Source of the DNA: an uncultured Dehalococcoidia bacterium
Lineage (GTDB): Bacteria > Chloroflexota > Dehalococcoidia > Lucifugimonadales > UBA2985
Direction of reading: 5' to 3'
Assembly: GCA_964576965.1 (NCBI GenBank)
Contig: CAZNWQ010000001.1
Location: 1-40,289 of the forward strand
DNA length: 40,289 bases
The notes below the pieces were generated by a model. It searched no databases. It had not been told where the DNA came from and saw only the letters and a program-made list of their open reading frames with translations. Position numbers and translations under genes: made by a program. Below, in pieces: positions 33,865-40,289 of the stretch (positions are counted from its first letter, which is position 1; each line of letters begins with the position of its first letter).

Positions 33865-34500
33865 ATGGATATTACTTCTTGGTTTCAGTTGGCCATAATT
33901 TGTTTGCTGGGAGCTATGTCTCCTGGGCCTAGCCTCGCACTAGTTATTAGCAATACCGTGTCCAGAGGAAGAGTATTTGGTATTGCAACTAGCTTGGGCC
34001 ACGCCACTGGTATTGGTTGGTGGGCTCTTTTAACCGCGATAGGAATAACAGAACTGATAGGAGATCAAAAAACTGGACTCCTATTGTTGCAGATTGCAGG
34101 TATCTTTCTTCTTGCATACATAGGGATGCGCACAATTACTGATGATAATGATTTGGTGTCAGTAACAACAGGAAAGCCTAAATCAGATTCTGTGGTTTTA
34201 ATTCGCGGCGCCACTGAAGGTTTCTTAATATCTCTGCTTAATCCAAAGGTAGCATTGTTTTTTCTCGTTATATTCAGTCATTTTGTTTTTCTGGAATCAA
34301 CTCGCATCGACGTAGTAATAATGGGTATTACTGCGGCGCTGATAGATGCAGGCTGGTATGTTTTCGTGGTCTTAATATTAACTTCAAATAAATTTAGTAA
34401 TAACTTCAGACTACGAGGACAAGCTGTCAAAAAGTTCAGTGGAGCCATGCTTATTTTGATTTCGTTGTACCTATTAATTATGATGGTTCTAGGTTTATGA
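33865..34500 (+). CDS. LysE/RhtB-family amino-acid exporter
   Basis: 211 aa, 6 TM. N-terminal family motif (LLGAMSPGPSLALVISNTVSRGR) and a central NPKVALFF segment. Confidence 0.8.
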   Translation: MDITSWFQLAIICLLGAMSPGPSLALVISNTVSRGRVFGIATSLGHATGIGWWALLTAIGITELIGDQKTGLLLLQIAGIFLLAYIGMRTITDDNDLVSVTTGKPKSDSVVLIRGATEGFLISLLNPKVALFFLVIFSHFVFLESTRIDVVIMGITAALIDAGWYVFVVLILTSNKFSNNFRLRGQAVKKFSGAMLILISLYLLIMMVLGL

Positions 34501-34581
34501 TGATTTTGATAACAATGTTAAAATTTGTAGGAACTGAGGTAACATAATCCCGTGAAAGTTATGGGATAAGGTATTTAGCAC

Positions 34582-35385
34582 ATGGTTTATGATCATAATG
34601 GAAATGCCACAGATTCCCTCCAGCTAGTTGACGTAGTCAAGGATTTTAATGGAGTTCGAGCCGTAGACGGAGCTTCGTTTACATTGATGCCCGGCACGGT
34701 AACTGGTCTCATAGGCCCTAATGGTGCAGGGAAAACCACTTTATTTAACCTAGTTACCGGATTCTTACCCTGTACCAGCGGGCAGATAATGTTTGAAGGA
34801 AATAGAATTGATGGTTTGCCAGCACATCAGGTATTCAAAAGAGGTATAGCAAGGACATTTCAGATTCCAAGAGAATTATCCAGGATGACAGTCTTAGAAA
34901 ATCTTTTGGTAGTACCAACTGATCAAATCGGTGAAAATATATGGAAAACATGGCTGTTGCCTTGGAAGGTAAACTCTCAAGAGAAAGAAATTCGGCAACA
35001 AGCTCTCGATATATTGAAATATACCAACCTATTCCATCTTAGAGATGAATATGCAGGCAATCTATCTACAGGACAGAAAAAATTACTTGAATTGTCACGG
35101 GTTTTTATGTCCAAATCTAGACTGGTCCTCCTAGATGAACCCGCAGCAGGAGTTAACAATACTCTCATGAACGAACTTGCCAAACGTATTTTGGAAGCCG
35201 TTTCTGATTTCGGGCTAACCTTCCTTGTGATAGAGCATGACATGAATCTTGTAATGAAACTTTGTGACCCCATAATAGTTATGGGTAACGGTTCTATCAT
35301 TGCAGAGGGTGCTCCGGAGTCAGTTAGAAACGATCCTAAAGTCTTAGACGCTTACTTGGGGTATACACATCATGAGTCTGCTTGA
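34582..35385 (+). CDS. livG: branched-chain amino acid ABC transporter ATP-binding protein (LivG type)
   Basis: Walker A GPNGAGKTT, signature LSTGQKKLLEL, Walker B LVLLDEPAAG, and a LivG-type C-terminal extension DPKVLDAYLG. Confidence 0.9.
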   Translation: MVYDHNGNATDSLQLVDVVKDFNGVRAVDGASFTLMPGTVTGLIGPNGAGKTTLFNLVTGFLPCTSGQIMFEGNRIDGLPAHQVFKRGIARTFQIPRELSRMTVLENLLVVPTDQIGENIWKTWLLPWKVNSQEKEIRQQALDILKYTNLFHLRDEYAGNLSTGQKKLLELSRVFMSKSRLVLLDEPAAGVNNTLMNELAKRILEAVSDFGLTFLVIEHDMNLVMKLCDPIIVMGNGSIIAEGAPESVRNDPKVLDAYLGYTHHESA

Positions 35386-36076
35386 GGTTTCCAATATAGT
35401 AGCAGGATATGGCGATACCGAGATTTTACATGGGGTTTCGGTGAACATCGACCGCGGAGAAATTGTGACGGTGATTGGACCCAATGGTTCTGGCAAATCT
35501 ACCCTTATGAAAACAGTTGTAGGCATTGTTCCACCGACAGAAGGTCAGATTATATTCAATGGTCTGAGTATACTTTCAACATCACCCGAGAAGATAGTCG
35601 GTAGTGGGCTTTCATATGTTCCTCAAACAGCGAATGTGTTCCCTAATTTAACTATCAAAGAGAATTTGGAGATGGGTGCATTTATCCGCAAAGATGATTG
35701 GCGTTACCGTATTGATGAAATTCTAGATCTCTTTCCGGATCTTCGAGGACGAGAAAAAGATATTGCCGGGCGACTGTCTGGAGGGCAACGCCAAATGTTA
35801 GCTTTGGGACGGGCCCTGATGCTGGACCCCGTGCTGCTACTTTTGGATGAGCCAACTGCAGGCTTGGCTCCTTTAATGATTGAATCTGTCTTCGAAAAAA
35901 TATTGGCAATAAACGCATCTGGTATAGCGATTATGCTTATTGAACAAAACGCCCGTGAGGCATTAAGAATCTCCAAGAGAGGGTATGTTCTGGCAGCAGG
36001 AGAAAATCAGTTACAAGGTAGCGGAGAAAGCTTATTGAAAGATGATAAAGTTGCCCGCCTATATTTAGGTGGCTAA
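35372..36076 (+). CDS. livF: branched-chain amino acid ABC transporter ATP-binding protein (LivF type)
   Basis: Walker A GPNGSGKST, signature LSGGQRQMLALGRAL, Walker B LLLLDEPTAGLAP. It overlaps livG by 14 nt. Confidence 0.9.
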   Translation: MSLLEVSNIVAGYGDTEILHGVSVNIDRGEIVTVIGPNGSGKSTLMKTVVGIVPPTEGQIIFNGLSILSTSPEKIVGSGLSYVPQTANVFPNLTIKENLEMGAFIRKDDWRYRIDEILDLFPDLRGREKDIAGRLSGGQRQMLALGRALMLDPVLLLLDEPTAGLAPLMIESVFEKILAINASGIAIMLIEQNAREALRISKRGYVLAAGENQLQGSGESLLKDDKVARLYLGG

Positions 36077-36084
36077 TAGTAGTT

Positions 36085-37101
36085 ATGTTAAATTTGCTAT
36101 CCCATATATTTAGCGGACCCAAAAAGGCTTATTACCTAATAATGCTGGGCTCTTTTGCGATGCTTATGCTAATGGCTTTGTCTGTTATAAAAGTAGATCT
36201 TGTAGTGAATGGGTTAATTATGGGAAGTATTATTTCCTTAGGTGCAATGGGACTGACATTGATATATGGCAATCTCAAATTCGCCCATATGGCCCACGGG
36301 GATTTTATGACCCTTGCAGCCTATATAACACTATATATTGTAACGGTGCCCTTCTTACATATTGGATTGGATTCAACAGGAATTGGATTGTTCACTTTCG
36401 GATATCCTCTGATCATGGCCTTTCCTTTTGCGATAGCCTTGGTGTGTTTAGTAGCGATAGCAATGGATTATCTGGTTTACAGAAGATTGAGAAACCGTCG
36501 AGCCAACACCGTGATAGTTGCTATGGTCTCTCTTGGTATAGCTATAGCATTGCGTGGATTCGTACAAATTATTTGGGGTGGTGATATAGAGCAGTATCCG
36601 AGATTATCCAAACCTTTCTTTATTTTACCTATGGATATTCGTATACCTCCTGACGCCATTTTCATCACCATAGTAGCTTTATTACTTACTTTGTCATTAC
36701 ACCTTTTCTTAACCAGAACCAAGATGGGCAAAGCTATGAGAGCGACTTCTGACAATATGGAATTAGCTCAGGTCACTGGTATCAATACTGATCTGGTTAT
36801 ACGTTGGACATGGATTATTGCAGTGGGACTTTCGGCGATAGCAGGGGTTTTGCTAGCAGTGTTTCAGGCCCAGCTGCTTCCAATCATGGGATGGAATTTT
36901 TTGATCCCATTATTTGCGGCGGTAATATTGGGAGGTATCGGGAATCCTTATGGTGCTTTTATTGGGGCTATGATCGTGGGAGTAAGTGCCGAAGTATCCA
37001 CAGAATGGATGAATCCTTCATATAAGCCTACTATTTCCTTCGCCATATTAATTGTTATGCTTCTAATACGGCCTAGAGGCATATTAGGTAGGAAAGATTA
37101 G
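36085..37101 (+). CDS. livH: branched-chain amino acid ABC transporter permease (LivH type)
   Basis: 338 aa polytopic protein. Motifs FAHMAHGDFMTLAAY and GGIGNPYGAFIGA are typical of LivH. Confidence 0.85.
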   Translation: MLNLLSHIFSGPKKAYYLIMLGSFAMLMLMALSVIKVDLVVNGLIMGSIISLGAMGLTLIYGNLKFAHMAHGDFMTLAAYITLYIVTVPFLHIGLDSTGIGLFTFGYPLIMAFPFAIALVCLVAIAMDYLVYRRLRNRRANTVIVAMVSLGIAIALRGFVQIIWGGDIEQYPRLSKPFFILPMDIRIPPDAIFITIVALLLTLSLHLFLTRTKMGKAMRATSDNMELAQVTGINTDLVIRWTWIIAVGLSAIAGVLLAVFQAQLLPIMGWNFLIPLFAAVILGGIGNPYGAFIGAMIVGVSAEVSTEWMNPSYKPTISFAILIVMLLIRPRGILGRKD

Positions 37102-38093
37102 TGGAGATCTTTGGTATAATAGATTACGTTGTTGGCTGGGCTGTTGTAGCCGGCATTTATGCCATATTCTCACTTGGTCTTAATGTGCATTGGGGATACA
37201 CAGGACTGTTCAATATAGGCGTGGCAGGATTTTTTGCTATTGGAGCTTACACATCCGCCCTTCTTACCACTTCTTCACCAAACCCGGCGCTTTTTGAAGA
37301 CTTCAAATTTGGAGGAGATCTTCCAAACCGACTGGGATCTTTTAATGCTGGAATAGATCTGTGGTTTTTGATAGCACTTATAGGAGCCGCAATAACGGCT
37401 GGGATAATGGCTGCTTTAATTGGTCTTCTCACAATAAGACTGAGGGAAGACTACTTAGCCATTACCACTCTTGGTGTTGCAGAAACCATTAGGCTTATTT
37501 TCCATAACGAAAAATGGTTAGCTAATGGATCTAGGGGTCTCTACAACATACCTAAATTTTTGGGAGATGCTGTAGATCCTTCGAATTATAACTACCTGTA
37601 TTTGGTCGTAGTTACCTTAGTGCTGATATTCTTATATTTCATAGTAAGTAGAGCTATTGATTCTCCCTGGGGAAGGGTTCTTAGATCAATAAGAGAAGAT
37701 GAAGTAACAGCTCAGGCCAGCGGCAAAAACGTTCTGCTATTCAAACTACAAGCCTTCATATTAGGAGCATCCATAATGGGAATAGGCGGGGCTTTATATG
37801 CACATAATATTAGGTTTGTATCTCCTATAACCTTCGAGCCCTTATATGCAACTTTTGTGATATGGGCAATGTTGATGATTGGAGGCAGCGGGAATAATAA
37901 GGGAGCGATATTAGGTGCATTTATAGTCTGGGGCATTTGGTCAGGAACTCAATTCTTACCAGGTTTCATTTCTGGCCCAGACGTACGACTTTTCATGATC
38001 GGCTTGCTGATAGTACTTTCTATTCTTTTCAGGCCAGAAGGAATACTCCCTGAGACGCGAAAAGTATCTACCAGGATCATAGAATCCCGGTAG
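37101..38093 (+). CDS. livM: branched-chain amino acid ABC transporter permease (LivM type)
   Basis: 330 aa. GTG start overlaps the livH stop by 1 nt. Motifs GYTGLFNIGVAGFFAIGAY and REDEVTAQASGKN are typical of LivM. Confidence 0.85.
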   Translation: MEIFGIIDYVVGWAVVAGIYAIFSLGLNVHWGYTGLFNIGVAGFFAIGAYTSALLTTSSPNPALFEDFKFGGDLPNRLGSFNAGIDLWFLIALIGAAITAGIMAALIGLLTIRLREDYLAITTLGVAETIRLIFHNEKWLANGSRGLYNIPKFLGDAVDPSNYNYLYLVVVTLVLIFLYFIVSRAIDSPWGRVLRSIREDEVTAQASGKNVLLFKLQAFILGASIMGIGGALYAHNIRFVSPITFEPLYATFVIWAMLMIGGSGNNKGAILGAFIVWGIWSGTQFLPGFISGPDVRLFMIGLLIVLSILFRPEGILPETRKVSTRIIESR

Positions 38094-38123
38094 ATACTTT
38101 TCAAGAGTTTACGAAATCAATCT

Positions 38124-39386
38124 TTAAGGCAGTTCAAATCGGCCAGTCGATGCAATCGCACCATCCTTGATCTGCCATATTTCTATAGTAGATGCGACAT
38201 CTCCGTTAGCGTCGAAGTCTTGGGATCCGCCAGCACCTTCGTAGTTAATGTCTTTGCCCTCTTCTATTAAGGTCAAAGCTCTCTTCATACCTCCAATGCC
38301 GGGTCCTATCATTTCGCCAGGAGGATTAGAAACATCTCTTAGTGCATCACGTATTTTTGCACTATCGGTTATAGTTCCTGCTTTGGCTGCGGCAAGAGCA
38401 ATCAACACTACCGCGTCGTATGTTTCGGCCATATATGGATGTTCAGCTACCACTCCGAATTGTGTCAGATAATCAGCCTTAAACGCGTCACCCGCTTTAT
38501 TGGCGGATGTACCAGGTGCTGTACCATACATTCCGTCGAACGCTTCCCATCCTGCCGCATCAAAGAGCTCTGGAGCCTTGGTACCATCTACAAACAAGAA
38601 GTTGTCTATGTATCCACCTTCCAAAGCTTCTCGCAGGTACACCTGGGCTTGTCCAGGGTATCCTATAGCGATCAAAACGTCTGGGTTGCCTTCAGTCGCC
38701 TTAGCTAGTTCAGAGGCATAGGATGGTTGCTCGTCTTCATGAGCAACTGTAGCTGTTACAGTTCCTCCGTTAGCCTCAAATGTTGTTTTGAACTGACCAG
38801 ACAGTCCTTCTCCATATGGGTTGTTTAAGTACAGTGTGGCTGCAGTTGAGTTGCCCAGTTCTTGAGCCAGACGGGCAAGTACCACTCCCTGAGCAGCATC
38901 AGAAACTACAGTTCTGAATAGAAAATCTTGATCTTCAAGCACTGTTATTGCAGGAGATGTGGATGCACCTGATATCTGAAGTATATTGTTAGGAACGGTG
39001 ACCGCACTGGCAACCGCCATAGATACTCCACTGGATAATGCACCGACGATTGCTGCTACTCCATCCGTGTCTACTAGTTTACGTGCAGCCTCGACTCCCA
39101 CCTCAGGATTAACTTCAGTATCCTGAGTAATCAGTGTAATATCGGTTCCACCCGCTCTCTTGATATGGGTGGCAGCCAGTTTAGCTGCGTTGCCATGGGA
39201 TGTTCCGAAAAATGAAAGACTTCCTGAATAGGCATTTATTTGTCCTATTTTCAGGGTCTTATCCACGTCGACTTCACCACCACCACACGACATTACCCCT
39301 AGCATGACTACAGATAAAGCCGAGAACCCTAACCCCAAAATGACAGTCCGCTTACTACTGGTATACAGTTTCTTAATTAAACTCAT
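38124..39386 (-). CDS. ABC transporter substrate-binding lipoprotein (LivK / type-I periplasmic-binding fold)
   Basis: 420 aa. Signal peptide with a Cys (VMSCGGG), then KIGQINAYSGSLSFFG..., typical of Leu/Ile/Val-binding-like proteins. SD GAGGAGGG. It is convergent with livM, with 30 nt between the stops. Confidence 0.85.
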   Translation of the reverse strand: MSLIKKLYTSSKRTVILGLGFSALSVVMLGVMSCGGGEVDVDKTLKIGQINAYSGSLSFFGTSHGNAAKLAATHIKRAGGTDITLITQDTEVNPEVGVEAARKLVDTDGVAAIVGALSSGVSMAVASAVTVPNNILQISGASTSPAITVLEDQDFLFRTVVSDAAQGVVLARLAQELGNSTAATLYLNNPYGEGLSGQFKTTFEANGGTVTATVAHEDEQPSYASELAKATEGNPDVLIAIGYPGQAQVYLREALEGGYIDNFLFVDGTKAPELFDAAGWEAFDGMYGTAPGTSANKAGDAFKADYLTQFGVVAEHPYMAETYDAVVLIALAAAKAGTITDSAKIRDALRDVSNPPGEMIGPGIGGMKRALTLIEEGKDINYEGAGGSQDFDANGDVASTIEIWQIKDGAIASTGRFELP

Positions 39387-39478
39387 ATTGCCCTCCTCAT
39401 ATCAGATAACCTGATAAGGCTGGTATTGTATCACACAAATTTCTATATAAAGCGATATAGTCACGAATTCGAATTACA

Positions 39479-39507
39479 TTAATAGGGTTTCTCATAAATT
39501 GTGTCAA
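39479..39507 (-). promoter_or_regulatory. candidate promoter for the substrate-binding protein gene
   Basis: Minus strand: TTGACA (39507..39502), 17 nt, TATTAA (39484..39479). This would give a 5' UTR of about 85 nt containing the inverted repeat TATCAG-ATAAC-CTGATA just before the SD. Confidence 0.4.
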
Positions 39508-39597
39508 ATTGCGAGAATCGTATTACGGTGTGTTTAATTGAAAAACACATTTCGTTTCAAGATAGAAACGGAGATACCCTTGGTTACTTGAGTAGAC

Positions 39598-39633
39598 TTA
39601 TCTCTTCTGCCTTTTTAGTGGCAGAAGAGATAA
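39598..39633. terminator. 14-bp perfect stem-loop downstream of the peptidase gene
   Basis: TTATCTCTTCTGCC (39598..39611) / GGCAGAAGAGATAA (39620..39633) with an 8-nt loop, 32 nt beyond the stop at 39666. There is no clean U-tract on the minus strand, so the terminator role is plausible but not certain. Confidence 0.45.
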
Positions 39634-39665
39634 ACCGAATATTTGTATTTGGTCAGTCGGTGGTG

Positions 39666-40289
39666 TTAATTGTAATCAGGAAGAATTGCTTTTTGCTTGG
39701 ACCAAGTTAATTCGAGAAACTCATCGAACTCAACATAGAATTCTTCAGATGAAATTCCGAAGGTCGCCGCAAATGCGCCTTCAAAACCCAATTCGTCAAG
39801 TTGTCCATAAAATTCCGTGCTAAAGGCTGAACCTTTCTTGTCATGTAGGTAGGCAACGGCCCAAGCACCGAGTGCATAGGCGACATGATTACCTTGTGAG
39901 TAACATCCATTGGAGTAACTGAGATCTTTGATCCCCTGACCGGGGCAATTTTCCTTCATATTCTGCTTACCTTGAGTCATCTTAACCCACATTTCATGTT
40001 GGAAAGAAAATTTAGAGTCGATACCCAGTTCCGTGTTTACAAGGTCTAATTTACGATTTTCTAACGCTGAGAACATTCCAACATACCCCATCCACTCAGC
40101 TGAACCCTCATTAAACCAGGTCGGGCCTCTCATATCGCTTCGTTCATTTTCTGGTGTATTATAGTCATCCATAGTCGCGATATGGGCTCCTTGGAAAGAA
40201 TGGTAGCCCTCATGGAAGACAATTTTCTGGTCAATTTCTCCTGATATCCCACCATATTTCGTCCCAGGCCCAAGAGTAACGCCCTGATC
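39666..40289 (-). CDS. HExxH zinc metallopeptidase, peptidase-MA (gluzincin)-like; N-terminus outside the window
   Basis: The track ORF starts at an internal Met (40172), but the frame stays open to the window end. Upstream translation gives DQGVTLGPGTKYGGISGEIDQKIVFHEGYHSFQGAHIAT, followed by MDDYN.... It has an HEGYH zinc motif and a downstream NEGSAEW segment (candidate third Glu ligand). Confidence 0.65.
   Translation of the reverse strand, partial: DQGVTLGPGTKYGGISGEIDQKIVFHEGYHSFQGAHIATMDDYNTPENERSDMRGPTWFNEGSAEWMGYVGMFSALENRKLDLVNTELGIDSKFSFQHEMWVKMTQGKQNMKENCPGQGIKDLSYSNGCYSQGNHVAYALGAWAVAYLHDKKGSAFSTEFYGQLDELGFEGAFAATFGISSEEFYVEFDEFLELTWSKQKAILPDYN

Noticed and set aside
39501-39710. 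69-aa plus-strand ORF in the long spacer
   Set aside because: It has a GTG start without an SD, its sequence spans three hairpins and overlaps the 3' end of the peptidase gene, and it shows no recognisable motif. It is more likely non-coding.
1-40289. CRISPR arrays, tandem repeat arrays, IS elements, prophage or defence-system genes
   Set aside because: Reading all intergenic regions and the ORF translations, I found no regularly spaced repeats, no transposase, integrase or recombinase-like proteins, and no nuclease/ATPase/methylase combinations typical of defence islands.

Overview
A 40.3 kb, AT-leaning bacterial chromosomal segment (by eye about 40% GC, not computed). It is densely coding: about 44 protein genes, one tRNA, and strong GGAGG-type ribosome-binding sites.

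Content is mostly core housekeeping:
- rpmH-rnpA-yidD-[beta-propeller lipoprotein]-yidC-jag.
- tRNA-Gln.
- serA plus a class-V aminotransferase.
- The run trpA-aroH-aroG-ribF-tyrS.
- thrC.

Interleaved are catabolic or redox enzymes: a Gfo/Idh/MocA-cyclase-Zn-ADH operon, a lone xanthine-dehydrogenase-family molybdopterin subunit, an LLM flavin oxidoreductase, and a thiolase-like/DUF35 pair. Transporters are BioY, a UPF0718-like permease, MMPL, LysE/RhtB, and a LivGFHM ABC system with a convergent lipoprotein binding protein.

Both window edges cut genes that the ORF track misses: an alpha/beta hydrolase at 1..767(-) and an HExxH peptidase at 39666..40289(-). rpmH (15289..15426, -) is also absent from the track.

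Taxon is inference only. A short YidC without a P1 domain followed by Jag, lipoprotein-type binding proteins, and the LLM, CoxL-like and thiolase/DUF35 enzyme types fit a monoderm-like marine lineage such as SAR202-type Chloroflexota.

I see no CRISPR array, mobile element, integrase, toxin-antitoxin or recognisable defence genes, and no convincing self-contained novel system. The best candidates for follow-up are:
1. A PQQ/BamB-like lipoprotein embedded in the rnpA-yidD-yidC-jag membrane-biogenesis operon.
2. A roughly 107-nt dual-coding overlap between the basic YidC tail and the Jag N-domain.
3. A thiolase-fold protein that appears to lack the nucleophilic Cys, paired with a DUF35 protein (Ltp2-like aldolase candidate).
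4. An orphan molybdopterin subunit co-oriented with an unknown membrane protein.
5. An MMPL plus FG-GAP lipoprotein pair.
6. An SDR-DUF2867 / TudS-DUF1722 pair.

All six are moderate-interest hypotheses, not demonstrated systems.
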